Positions 45,101 to 57,104 of a stretch of 64,000 nucleotides of DNA are shown in pieces. Positions within the stretch are counted from its first letter, which is position 1. Each line of letters begins with the position of its first letter. A model generated the notes under the pieces. That model had not been told where the DNA came from. It saw nothing but the letters and a program-made list of their open reading frames with translations, and ran no database searches. This DNA is from Emiliania huxleyi CCMP1516 (taxonomy: Eukaryota). The stretch spans positions 1 through 64,000 of the forward strand of contig NW_005201113.1 in the NCBI RefSeq assembly GCF_000372725.1, given 5' to 3'. A program made the translations under genes and the position numbers.

Positions 45101-48100
45101 CCTCCCCAGGCAGGCAGCACGGGCGGGAACGCGACTGGACGTAGATTGGTATGCCGGTTCCAACCGCGCCGGCTGAGTAGGTCGTCACCCATTGCCAGAT
45201 TGGTTCCGGCCGAGGCAGGCCTCGGCTGATGCGGCCAGGAGCCCACGTCATCATCGTGCTCAGAGACTGGCTGATGGAATTGGACTGCGTCTTGGTCTGC
45301 GAGTTGAAGCTGGTGAGCGTGTTCGTCGACTTGTAGCTCGGCGTAACGCTTGACTCAGTAAGAAACTTGAGGGTTGCGGACGTCTCGAAGGTATCCTGGG
45401 TAGTTGTGGCCCTGGAGGTCATCAGTGTAGAGTCCTCCGTAGCTTCCATGTTGTCTGTGTGCGTGTAGCTGTTGAAGGAGCCGACAAACTTCCAAGTTGA
45501 CTGCTGCTGCACCGTTGACGATCCATTCGGGAGGTCAAGCACGAGACCAAGAACCTGCGAGCAGCACGTGTATTTGTACCTCATGGTTCCAACTGTAACC
45601 TGCTTGCAACCCTTTGTATTAACACAGCTTTTTTGGGGTTTGTCTTCATCGTTAGATTTGTAGAATCTGTTCACAGCAGTCTGCAGCCCAAAAGCAACGA
45701 GGTAGGATGGAGCCGAGCCCCGCAGGGGGCATTTGACGTCATGCCGGGCGAGGAAAATTGGCTGGTCGCTCCATTCGCTCCATGCCGTGTAGTAGTCAAG
45801 GCACTGAAATGGCGTCGCCAACTCACTGCTTGCGAAAGCGGCCGCCCCGCAAGTAGAACGGTACTCAACGTCCGAGTTCACGCGGCTCAGTTTGAAGCCT
45901 TGGAGGAGCGGGATGCTCACCGCGGGATACTCCGGCGACGTGGTTTCGAACATACCATAGCTGCCGTGGGTGTTTGTTTCGTATCCCTGATAATAGAGCG
46001 ATTCGCTCCCCGAAGAGAACGGCAAGCACGAAGCTGTGATGTTGGAAATGTCGTCGAGATCCACCACCGTAAACATTTGGCAGGTGGCATCTGCGCAGAG
46101 ATCATGTCCTGCTGGGCCAACCTGACTGCTGGCCGTGACCGTGCTAGTCGAGATTCTCGTCGTGAGAGGAACTGCCCTGCAGCAGTACTCGTACTGGAGT
46201 TGGAGACTGTTGTCGGACTGGCGTAGGATTCTGAATCCCGTGAGGGCGAACTGAGAAACGGCCGGCCCATCCTTGGCACCATTGCCACAAGTGACATCGT
46301 GGGGCGAGAGGCTCACGGCGGCGTCCTTGCCTGAGGCTGCAAGATCTGTCCTCCCTGTGTATTCATCCGCCGAGCAGAATGGGGCCGAGCTCATCTGCCG
46401 GGACTGCACCCGCGATGGCGACGGCGGCGGCATCGATGTGGGATCTGGGGCGGGCGCAAAGACAACACCGCGAACCGGTGACTGCACTTCCGAGGAGGGT
46501 TCCCCGCAGACGGTAGCGGCGAACCGGTTGGCAGCCGTGCATGCAGCCGTGCTGTAATGCGACTCTGAGCGCGGCGCGTCCTGCGCGGGGTCACGCACTG
46601 GCACCGCATCGATGGCGGGCAGCACGTTGGGGTTTGCGACAGCGCCAAAGCCGTGGGATGCTGGCGTGGTGTTGGAGAAGTCAACGACCTGCGCAGGTGC
46701 GGGGTGTCAACCTGCCTTCTGCACCTACCGCAGTGTCAACCTCGAGAGGCCATCTCGCGCACCGGGATCGCGGCCGCGTCGGGCACAAACACAGAGTCGC
46801 CGGGGCCTTTCGATGAGAGAGCAAAGGCCGAGCAGACCAGACCGAGCACCGCGATTGAGAAGACGAGGCACAGCAGCTTTGACGAGCAGAACTTACCGAA
46901 GCCAAAGCCGAAGCCGAAGCGCGCGGCGGTCGTAGACGTCTCGACTGTCGCGCCCTGAACAGGCGGCGTGGAGTCGTCAGACTGGCGGTGAGCTAGCGGC
47001 AACGGAAAATCCGGCGTATGCAGGCGGCGAGCACCGAGTCTGTGGTCGACGGCGTGGAGCCGCGGGGCGCCTTGCCATTGCCACCGACAGACTCGGGCGA
47101 GACAGACTCGAACTGCGGCGCGCGCGACGCGCTGTCAAGCAAAGGCGCGGGGCAGTGTGTGTCGTCTGTGTGGGAGGGCGCGCACTGAGGACTCCTTGCC
47201 CCGCGACTCCGCGCCCTTCTCCTTTCCCTTCTTCTCATCCTCGTCCTCGTCGACCTCCGCCGCGACGTTGGTCTCGCCGTCGTAGAGCAGATCGTACTTG
47301 TTGGAGACTTTCGTGGACTTGACCTCGCCCTTGCGCTCCGTCTTGTTGCGCGAGTTCGAGACGTACCAGTCGGGCTCGCCCTACGCGTCGAACGCGGGAT
47401 GGGGTCAGGCAGTGGGTCCGCAGACGCACGGCACAGACTGCGGCGCTCGCCGCCGGGGCGGGCTTCTCCTTTGGAAACTCCTTGGCCGAGACGATCCCGT
47501 CGGGGTGGCCCTACGCATCGACACGGGATGGGATTAGGAGTGACTCCCAGCCGCACGGCACAGAATGCCAGGCGCTCGCTGCCGGTGCGGGGCTCTCCTC
47601 CGGAAACTTCTTGATCGACGAGAGCGGCGCGCCGCCGGTCGCCGCCGGCTTGAAAGCGGGGGCGACTTTGGTGACAGACTTGATCGCTCCCAGGGGCTTG
47701 GGCGCCACGGGCGCAATGCCGCCGGAGGTGGGGACTCCCGGCGACGGCGACTTCTTGCCGTCGGCGGGCGTAGCCTGGTAGACGACGCTCTCGCCCAGCC
47801 GGCGGACCTCGGCCTCGACGCCGTCCACGTAGCCCGGTCCGGAGCCGCTGTGGGCCGACGCGGGCCCGCTCTTCCCCGCCGCCATCGGCGTGGGCAGGCC
47901 CGGGTAGCAGGTGGTGTCCTGCAAGCGCGATAGGGGCACACGGGAAGGGAGATTATTACCGGTGGGAGAGCGAGGAGTGCCAGGAGAGAATGCTGTGGCG
48001 CGCTCACGGTTGGGTCGGTCGTGTTGGAAGCGGTCTTGGCCGGCTTCGCGACCTCCTTGGCAGCCTCCTCGGCGACGACCTCCTTGGCGACGGGCGCCTC

Positions 48101-48997
48101 CTCGGCGACTGCCTCCGCGGCGGCGGACACCTCGGCGGCGGCGGACTTGGCGGCCTCCTCGGCGGCGGCGGACTTGGTGGCGGACTCCTCGGCGGCGGCG
48201 GACTTGGTGGCGGACGCCTCGGCGGCGGCGGACTTGGTGGCGGACGCCTCGGCGGCGGCGGACTTGGTGGCGTACTCCTCGGCGGCGGCGGACTTGGTGG
48301 CGGACTCCTCGGCGGCGGCGGACTTGGTGGCGGACTCGGCGGCGGCGGACTTGGTGGCGGACTCCTCGGCGGCGGCGGACTTGATGCCGCACGCCTGGGT
48401 GAGGGGAGAACACGCAAGTGTGCGGAGACAGGGAGGCCGTAGGGATGATGACAATCCTGGCGTGCGCACACTCACCTCGGCTCCGATGAGCGAAGGAGAC
48501 AGCGACGTGATGCCGACAGGAGCCGTCGGCGCAGACTCGGACGGGATGTCATTGCCGTTGCCGATGATGTCATTGAGCGACGCGGGCTCGCTCTCGGACG
48601 AGATGCCGTCGTGCTTGCCTTCGGCAGAGTCGATGACGGACGAAGGCGGCGACGGGATGACGGACGGGTTGACTTCCTTGAGCGAAGCGGGCTTGCCCTC
48701 GGACGGGATGACGTCCTCGAGCGAAGCGGGCTCGCCCTCGGACGGGATGCCGGCGGCCTCGCCTCCGGCAGCGTTGACGGTCGTGTTGCCCGCCAGCGAC
48801 GCCTGTGTCAGCCAGAAGGCCAGAGAGGATATGTCTTGCAGGTGGGAGCGCATTGTCACGTGCGCGCAAGCACACGCCTTCTTGTCAGCAAGCGGCGGCG
48901 GCGGAGGAGAGAGCTTGAGCACGAGCTTGTCACCGGCGGCCGGCACGAGCTCGAGTTTGAGCTTGTCGAGCATGTTGATCGAGTTCCTGATTTTCAC
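42138..48997 (-). CDS. Large multi-exon membrane or secreted protein: SAAAEESATK-repeat N-terminus, TM, repeated Cys-rich lectin-like domains, two Ser/Thr-rich beta-pore-former-like segments, PAN/WSC/EGF-like Cys modules; may be two genes
   Basis: ORFs 47534-48997, 46736-47002 (TM LLCLVFSIAVLGLVCSAFAL), 44499-46625, 43103-44230 and 42138-43050 can be joined by plausible introns. Repeated L..HDV.C...L..F.L...Y.Y.CC. Apparent 1-nt frameshift near 44340. Confidence 0.6.
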
Positions 48998-50280
48998 ATG
49001 GGGTTTAAATAGTCTTGAGTGCTCTCAAGTGAAGAGGGCCAGGCACCATCCAGAAAGAGGTGCGGAAGTCCCAACGGGCCACCCGGGGCATCAAGCCGAG
49101 ACTCGGCGATCATGTGTCAATCTCGGCTTGATCTCGGGGTCAATCTCGGCGAACGGAGAGGTCAGCACCTACGGGATCATGACCATGTGAAAGAGGGTAA
49201 AAAACTGGTACTGAGATGTCTGGGGGGTATATGGGGGTATATGGGGGTATATGGGGTATATGGGGGTATGAGAAAATCTCGGGCAATCTCGGGCAAATCT
49301 CACACATCTCCAATCCCCCCCCCGCCCCCCACCCCCACCCCTACCGCCTCCCCCGCCCCCGTCCCACCAGTACCCAAGCCAGCAAGCCAGCATAGAGCCA
49401 GGGTAAGGGAAAAGAAAATCGAAGCATGGCAGCAGGAATCGCATCTCTCGGTGCAGAGGACTAACGCGAGCTTTGATGACTGGGTTTGGACGAGAGTGTC
49501 GAGCAGGAGAACGCCGACGCGCCTACGGGCAGCACGTCGCGGCGTGAGCGTCGAGACGAGGCCGCCGGCACGCTCTCTTGCGTCCTCGGCGCTCGGACTG
49601 GAGCCGGGCAGCGATTTGCAAGCAAGCGGGCTGCGTCGCTCTCTCGCCGGAAAAGAGTGGGGCAATCGGGCGGGTTCGCTCGGTGCAAGGGTGAGGAACG
49701 AGCGGCAGCGGCCGCGTCGCGCGGCTCCTCGATGGCAGCAGCCTCACCTGCGAACGGGAGGTGGCAGGCATTGTGAGGCCGAGAGGGGGCGTAGCCACTC
49801 GGGCGCCAAAGCGAAGCGCATCGCATGGTGGGAGCGGAGAGGGAGCGGCGGGTTGCGTGAGCAAGAGGCGTCGCGCCGCTCGAACGTGCTGCTCCCCGCG
49901 GCCATATGTGCGTCGATGCGGCGGGGCCAGCGCGAGTGGAACGAGGGTTGGGCCTTGTGCGGTTGTCAGCAAAGGCCGCCGAGATTCAGCTCGCTGTTTT
50001 TTCTTTATAGGCGTCTGCAACTTCCAAGCTGCGTATTCTTCTTGTATTATCGTCGAGTAGTGCAGGTACTCGGTGGGGGCAGTGTGTATTCTTGTAACAT
50101 GTGCGTATTCTCGTATCACTGGCTCCGAGTAGAAAAAGAAAGAAAACATGCACGGCATTATAGCTCCGAGTAGAGGGGGCGGTCTGCTGCTAGGGGGAAC
50201 CCGGAGCGCGGAGCCAACCCTCGGAGACCCGTGTTTACTTTAAGGCCCTTGCCCTGCGAATGCGCGCCCCCCCTAGCTAG

Positions 50281-50774
50281 TTGGCCTGTCCGAGGGTTTC
50301 CGGCAACCCAGAGGGAAACCAGAGGGTCCCCAGCACTTTGCGTTTCCGGAAGTTTCCAGGGAAACCAGAGGGTCCCCAGCACTTTGCGTTTCCGGAAGTT
50401 TCCAGGGAAACCAGAGGGTGTTTGGTGCTCCATTCTGTTTCTCTCGAGTTTCCCTCGGGAAACTCGCGAGTTTCCCTGAGTCTGAGAGCTGGTCTGGGGC
50501 AAAATCTGGGGCAAAATTGAGGAAATCGGCACGATACCCAGGTATTTTCCAGGTATACCGGGGTTTTCCAGGTATACCCGCAAAATACCCGGTATTTTGC
50601 CGATTTTGGCCCCAAAACAGCCTCAGACACGGCTCAGAGCCCCCCCAAAATGACGAATTCCACGGAGTTTCCCCGGGGTTTCCCGAGGAAACTAGAGGGT
50701 GTTGTAGGGAAACGAGCAGGAAACACGGAAAGGAAACCAGGTAGGGTGCGAGAGGAAACCCTCGGACAGGCCAA
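50281..50774. mobile_element. MITE with 21-bp perfect TIR and 8-bp TSD
   Basis: TTGGCCTGTCCGAGGGTTTCC...GGAAACCCTCGGACAGGCCAA flanked by CTAGCTAG on both sides (palindromic, so the boundary is ambiguous). Confidence 0.85.
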
Positions 50775-50987
50775 CTAGCTAGGGGTCAGGGCTCTCTAGC
50801 CCGTAGCCCGATGCCGATCATCCGGCTCGCTGGGTGCGCTTCTTAGCTCCCCGGCCCTGGATGTGAGGTTACTGACTGCACTCCAAGTGCTCCAAATCTC
50901 ATGTTCACACTGTCGTCTGTGGCCGCAAACTGTGGCCGCGAAACCAAGACCCTGACGGCTTGAGGTCATGAGAGAACTTGAGATAGG

Positions 50988-51624
50988 GAGGGCCCAACAG
51001 GAGAATCGTGCTTTTTGGGTCGGGTTGGGTTGTGGGCCTGGGTTGGGTTGTTCCGCGTAAGGTTGGGTCGTCGGCGAGAAGGCGAGAAGGGTGAGGTCTC
51101 GACCGCCGCCGCTCACGCCAGCGGACGGCCACCATCGGTGTTTTTGGCTTCGCCACCGTCCAAGGCGTGCGCCATGCGCTCGCTGGCATCGAGCGAGCAA
51201 CGTGATCGACCGAGCGGCTTGCTGTGTGGACGCCTTCTTCTGGCTCTCGTCGAGAGCGTTTTGCGTCCCGGCGGGTGGGAGAATATGTGTCGTCTGATGT
51301 GTCACTGTGTGCGTCACATCGGTCTTGATAACAAGCACGGTCGATCCGTCGAAGCGATACACTCGTTCCTATCACGCTGGAAGGCTTGCACGGAGCTCTG
51401 TGCCGGCACACAGAAGAGCCGTGCGGCAAGAGAAGAGCTCGATGGGGACGGTGGCGAAGCCAAAAACACCGATGGTGGCCGTCCGCTGGCGTGAGCGGCG
51501 GCGGTCGAGACCTCACCCTTCGCGCCGACGGGACCCAACCTTACGCGGAACAACCCAACCCCCTACCAACCCAACCCAACACCAAACAACCCCACTGAAA
51601 GCACGATTCTCCTGTTTGGCCCTC
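50988..51624. mobile_element. MITE with ~185-bp TIRs, GAG...CTC termini and 5-bp TSD
   Basis: 50988-51171 is the reverse complement of 51446-51624 (imperfect); ATAGG at 50983-50987 and 51625-51629. Confidence 0.85.
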
Positions 51625-51891
51625 ATAGGGTCGATTCCGCGTGGTACGGGACCCCTCGACCGTCTCGCCCTCCCCTCTCCCTCGCCACCGTCACCGTCAC
51701 CATCCCCGTCGCTACCGCCCTCCATGCCTGCCGCCCTTTGTTTCACACTCGTCTCTGCCATGTCCGCCGTCGCCGCCGTCCTGTCTGCTGCGCTCGGTGC
51801 TCCGAGGTACAGTCGCTTATTGTTGCTCAGGATTAGCTCTCGCACCAGGAGCAGGACAGCCTCCTGCTCGTTACTACTTACTTCAGTAAGT

Positions 51892-52041
51892 ACACACACA
51901 CCGCTCACCCACGCGCACCGGGCCTTGCACTTTAAATGCCGTGGGGCTCCTGTCGTTAGACGTGGAGACGCGAGGGTTGCCCCCCCTTGCCCCACCACCT
52001 CGTGTGTGTGGAGAAGTTTACCTTACCTTACCTTACCTTAC
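51892..52041 (+). mobile_element. ~150-bp SINE-like element with (CCTTA)n tail and 11-bp TSD
   Basis: CTTCAGTAAGT at 51881-51891 and 52042-52052. Confidence 0.85.
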
Positions 52042-52556
52042 CTTCAGTAAGTTTTTGTTAAATTTTTGAGAGTGCTGCGGCTCTGGGGGGAGGCGAGGGC
52101 CCTAGGGGGTACCCATGCGGGGGGGAGATGGGGTTTCCCAGCCCGCCGCAGGCGCCGATTTTTTTGGCATTTTTTCTTTTTCGGCTATTTTTTACTTGTT
52201 TCCATGGGAATTCGGCGTACTTGCGGCCATGCTATCACGCCTTGCGACATCCTTTCGGCGCTGCTGACCGTGCCATGCTGCTCAACTGACCGCCTGCATA
52301 GCTCGCGGCCTTAGTCTTCGGCATTCAGTGACGACCTGATCGTACGGCCAGTAGGAAGGTGTCCTTCCAGCGCGTGCACGCTTCTGGCGCAATGCGCGTC
52401 ACCTCGGATTGGCTGCTGGCAATCTCGAGGCTATGCCTACACAGCCTCGCGCGCATGGGCAGTCAAGAGGGATCATGCACCTTCTCAGGACAGCGCCGGT
52501 GCCTCTCTCTTGGACCGGCAAACGTGGTGGTCTCGTGTCACCGATGTGGGACCAGT

Positions 52557-52900
52557 GCGGCATCGCGCCATCGACAGCTCTGAACTGCGCCTCACCACTG
52601 ACCGGGAAGGCCGCCAAGTGGGTCAGCACCGGTCGCGCATTGTGGCAGCAGTCAGCAGCGCATGTCTGATAGCTAGAGCAGCAGCGTCAGGGTCGCAGGG
52701 TCGGATCGTGTCAAGCCTCTCGCCCGGCCGGCCGTGTGCAGACGTCGGCCTGTCTGCTGTCTGGAGTGATCTGTCGGCGGTCAGTACGACCGATCAGGTC
52801 GGAGTTTTCTGATGGTTGAAGGGTCTATCTGTATGTACTCCTCGAGATCTCTCCAAATCTGCCCTCTACTTAACCGTACTTAATCGGGAAGTCGGTGCTA
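52557..52900. repeat. Copy 2 of the 1253-1597 repeat, ending in an imperfect hairpin plus CTAG
   Basis: Direct near-identity; ends ccgtactt-aatcggg-aagtcgg-tgCTAG. Confidence 0.85.
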
Positions 52901-53345
52901 GTAGAGACTAGTAGAGGGCCGGAGCCCCGTTTCCGCACTGCTGCGCGGCGCACGGTGCCTCCGGGGGCCCCCGCCTCCCCCCAGAGTGCTGCGGTGACCG
53001 CGGTGTGCGATGAACCGATATATTCAGATTTCAGTATTGTGTTTGTGACGCGAAAGGGTTAAGACACATACAGTGAGAGTAACCCCCAACCCCCAACTCC
53101 AGGGTGAGGGACTCACCCTCGATCGAGCCTCGTGCCTCATCACTGAAAACAGATAAATGCGCCCGACAGCGGAGCGCCGCAGGCTGTCACGTCAAGGTCG
53201 CTCCGTCAACGGACTCTGACTCCCGCCTCCTGGCCCGTCACATACACGCAACATGCGCAAATGTGAAATGTCGCACTATCCACATTGAGAGGCGTCGCCC
53301 GCGGCGTGTCCGCCGCCCCGCCGGAGTGCGCCCCGCCTCTATCGC

Positions 53346-55598
53346 TCACCTGCAGCTTCGCACCGCCATGAGCGCGAGGACGGCCAGCTGCTCCTCCTTC
53401 GCCCCGCCATGCGCGCATCCACCTGTCGAGCGAGCGAGAGGAGAGGGAGGCGTCAGGGGGAGGGAGGGGGGGTGGGGGAGGGNNNNNNNNNNNNNNNNNN
53501 NNNNNNNNNNNNNNNNNNNNNNNNNNNNNNNNNNNNNNNNNNNNNNNNNNNNNNNNNNNNNNNNNNNNNNNNNNNNNNNNNNNNNNNNNNNNNNNNNNNN
53601 NNNNNNNNNNNNNNNNNNNNNNNNNNNNNNNNNNNNNNNNNNNNNNNNNNNNNNNNNNNNNNNNNNNNNNNNNNNNNNNNNNNNNNNNNNNNNNNNNNNN
53701 NNNNNNNNNNNNNNNNNNNNNNNNNNNNNNNNNNNNNNNNNNNNNNNNNNNNNNNNNNNNNNNNNNNNNNNNNNNNNNNNNNNNNNNNNNNNNNNNNNNN
53801 NNNNNNNNNNNNNNNNNNNNNNNNNNNNNNNNNNNNNNNNNNNNNNNNNNNNNNNNNNNNNNNNNNNNNNNNNNNNNNNNNNNNNNNNNNNNNNNNNNNN
53901 NNNNNNNNNNNNNNNNNNNNNNNNNNNNNNNNNNNNNNNNNNNNNNNNNNNNNNNNNNNNNNNNNNNNNNNNNNNNNNNNNNNNNNNNNNNNNNNNNNNN
54001 NNNNNNNNNNNNNNNNNNNNNNNNNNNNNNNNNNNNNNNNNNNNNNNNNNNNNNNNNNNNNNNNNNNNNNNNNNNNNNNNNNNNNNNNNNNNNNNNNNNN
54101 NNNNNNNNNNNNNNNNNNNNNNNNNNNNNNNNNNNNNNNNNNNNNNNNNNNNNNNNNNNNNNNNNNNNNNNNNNNNNNNNNNNNNNNNNNNNNNNNNNNN
54201 NNNNNNNNNNNNNNNNNNNNNNNNNNNNNNNNNNNNNNNNNNNNNNNNNNNNNNNNNNNNNNNNNNNNNNNNNNNNNNNNNNNNNNNNNNNNNNNNNNNN
54301 NNNNNNNNNNNNNNNNNNNNNNNNNNNNNNNNNNNNNNNNNNNNNNNNNNNNNNNNNNNNCTCTCGGCTGCCTCTCGGCTGCCTCTCGGCTGCCTCTCGG
54401 CTGCCTCTCGGCTGCCTCTCGGCTGCCTCTCGGCTGCCTCTCGGCTGTGTCTCGGCTGTGTCTCGGCTGCGTCTCGGCTGCGTCTCGGTTGTTCTCCGCT
54501 GTTCTCGGTTGTTCTCGGTTGTCTCTCGGCTTCGGCTGCGGTTCTCGGCTGTCTCTCGGCGCATCCCCCCACCTTGAGGGCGGCGCGAGGCCTCTCTGGC
54601 GGCGTCGACCCTCGCTCGTTCCGCTTGCGCTTCCCGGGCACGTGCGGCGAGCAGGCGAGGTTGAGGCGGACGCAGCGATCGCAGCGCCGCGAGTCTGGGC
54701 GCGGGGAGGGGGTGCGGTCAGGCGTCTCCACACGCACGATCTGGGGGTGGGGGTGATTAGGTCAGGTCAAGTCAGGTCAGGTCAGGTCAGGTGCACTTCT
54801 CCACACATCACGATGTGAACAGGTCGGGCGCCGCGAGGCGCTGGGTAAGCTGTGAACGGCGTCTCTTCACACCTCACGATGTGGTGGGGGAACGGGCAGG
54901 CAGCCCCTCGCGGCACCGCGGCTAAACGGTTGCAGTGGCGGGTCGTGACGGAAGAATTGTCGGGTGGGGTGCGGTGCGGACGACTCCCTGGCGCCTGAGG
55001 AGGAGGAGGAGGAGTCCTGCACGGCGCCGCCGAAGAGGCACTTGACCTTTGCGCGCCGGCACTCGGTGCACGCCGTCTTGACGGGAGGCAGGTCGCTCTC
55101 ACACACAATGTTTAGCTTGACGCACCGCGCGCACGGCCGCTGGTGCGGGCTGCACGCGGCCTTCGCCTTTTGGCAGCCGCGGCAGGCGCGCTTGGTCACA
55201 AAGACGACATCCGCGGGCGCGTGCGAAGACATGACGGGCTGTCCGCGTGCGCTTCTCGCCGGCGCGTCGTGCAGCGCCGGCCCTCCCGGAGGCCTCGCAG
55301 GCGCTGCGGCGGCGTGGGGGACAAGAAGCGGGGCGACGGCGGCGGGCACGGCGGGCGGCAATATGGGCGGCGGCGCGGCGGCCTCGGCCTCGGAGCCCAG
55401 CGGCCCCGGCAATATCGGCGGAGCCAGCACCAGAGGGCCAGCGAAGCCGGGGCGGTGCGAGAGCGGAGCCAACTGCGCGACGTCGTCGGCGACGCGCGGA
55501 GGGGCGGCGGCGGGCGCGGCGGCGGCGGCGGCGGGTGTTGGCGAGGGTTTCTCTTCGACGGGCGTGGCCTCGGGCTCGTGGAGGAGGAGGGGAGCCAT
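53346..55598 (-). CDS. Transcription factor with two Zn(II)2Cys6 clusters; 3' exons uncertain because of the gap
   Basis: ACRGCQKAKAACSPHQRPCARCVKLNIVC, and ACTECRRAKVKC...[intron]...RRCDRCVRLNLAC followed by basic KRKR. Confidence 0.8.
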
Positions 55599-55775
55599 GC
55601 AAACACACCACTCTCGGAACGCCGATGCGCCTGTGATCGGCGGAAGAGCCGGCCGAACAGTCTTGATTCGGTGTGAACACGATTTTTTAGAATTTTACAA
55701 CAAAACTCCCTCGCACAACACTGGGCACGGGACTGGCGCGCACTGGCACTAACACAGGTACACCACGGGAGCCGC

Positions 55776-56780
55776 CTAAGCGACTCCTGCGAGGGTGGCG
55801 AGGCACTTAGCTCCGTGCACCCGCCCACCCCCGCCACAGGCAAGCTCATTCACGACCTGCTCTGCGATGGCCGTGTGAAGAACGACTGAGATGCGCTGCT
55901 TCTGCAGCCCCAGCCAGCTCTTGGTGGTCCAAGTCACCTCATCGAGGTACTGGGCCCGCGTCAGCTTGTTCTGTAGCACGTCCGCCGCTCTCCGGAGGGA
56001 GGATCTCACGGACCCCCTTTCCGAACCCGCCGAACGATTCGAACAGCAGCAGCTGCACTTCGACGCCCTTGTCTTCCCTGGCGTAGCGATAATCCCCGCC
56101 GTAGGACGGTATGCGGCGGTCGCCGCCCACCACCCTGCCCCCCCTGGTATGCCAGCGCCCAGTCCCTTGCCCTCTCTCGCCCTTGCTCTTCCTCTCCCCC
56201 TCCATGCCGCCCCCCCGGTACCCTTCCCCCTCCCCCCCCCCCTCCTCCTCTCCCCCCCCCTCTCCCTGCCCCCCACCTCCCTCTCCCTCCTCGCAGTAGG
56301 GCCCATGCCCCATGACCATGTTCCGGTAGAATGATTCAGTGTTGCCGAAAGCGACAAAAGCGCCCTTCCGACCGTGCTCCCCGCTGCTGCTGAGGGAACA
56401 GACGACCTTGACGTCTCCGCAATAGTGCGTGCCGTCCTTGCCAATGTTGTCCGCGTCCACGTCGGGTTGTTTGTTGTAACTCTGACCGAGGTGGGCTTTC
56501 GGCTCCATTCGCACAGCGGTGCCCCACGCGGCGCGTAGGGCGAGGATGAGGCGTCGAAGCGTGTACTTGTGTCTGGTGTTGTGGCCCTGCTGCGGTACGT
56601 TGACAGCAGCGTCGCCATACTCGTCGTGGGTCTTCCCATTCCGAGTCTTCTTGCCCGCCGCCGCGGCCTGGCAGGCCACGTCGAGGGGGAGACCCAGGCG
56701 GCGCTGCACCGAAAGACGCATCGCCCAAGTCTCCATTCGCATGTCATCCCGCATTGGGATGGCGTTGAGGAAGGCGCCGG
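55776..56780 (-). mobile_element. 5'-truncated, frameshifted CRE-like non-LTR retrotransposon (RLE endonuclease domain)
   Basis: GAFLNAIP...RRLGLPL...D.YGD...H..RH...EP...QPDV...GDVKV (PD-(D/E)xK)...LFESFGGFG...QRISVVL. Confidence 0.8.
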
Positions 56781-57104
56781 GTTTTCCGTCGGCAAGGGTT
56801 TAGGTTCTAGCGCGTGTGGTATGCCCATCACCGGCGCGAATCGCGGTTGTTTCGCGTTGTTAGCCAGACGAGGTGATGTCGAGCAACAGCCCGCAGTGCA
56901 CACCCGCGCGCGCGAATGCAGGAGCCTCCCTCTATGCACATCCGGGGGGGCAAAGGGTTGGGTTTGTTGGGGGTATGGCGATGCGTGCACACCGAAAAGA
57001 TGCTTCCTAAAACTAAAATGTTTGAAGAAACTTCACAAACATGAGCGCCCGCCATATAAAGGCGCCCGTTGACTCCTCGCGCCCGGTGCTCGCCCCCGGC
57101 ACGA

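Noticed and set aside
1253..52900. The two 340-bp direct repeats as LTRs of a 51-kb element
   Set aside because: They enclose ordinary intron-rich host genes; no TSD or retroviral ORFs.
53104..54818. Long ORFs in the track
   Set aside because: Artefacts of reading through the N gap at 53483-54360.
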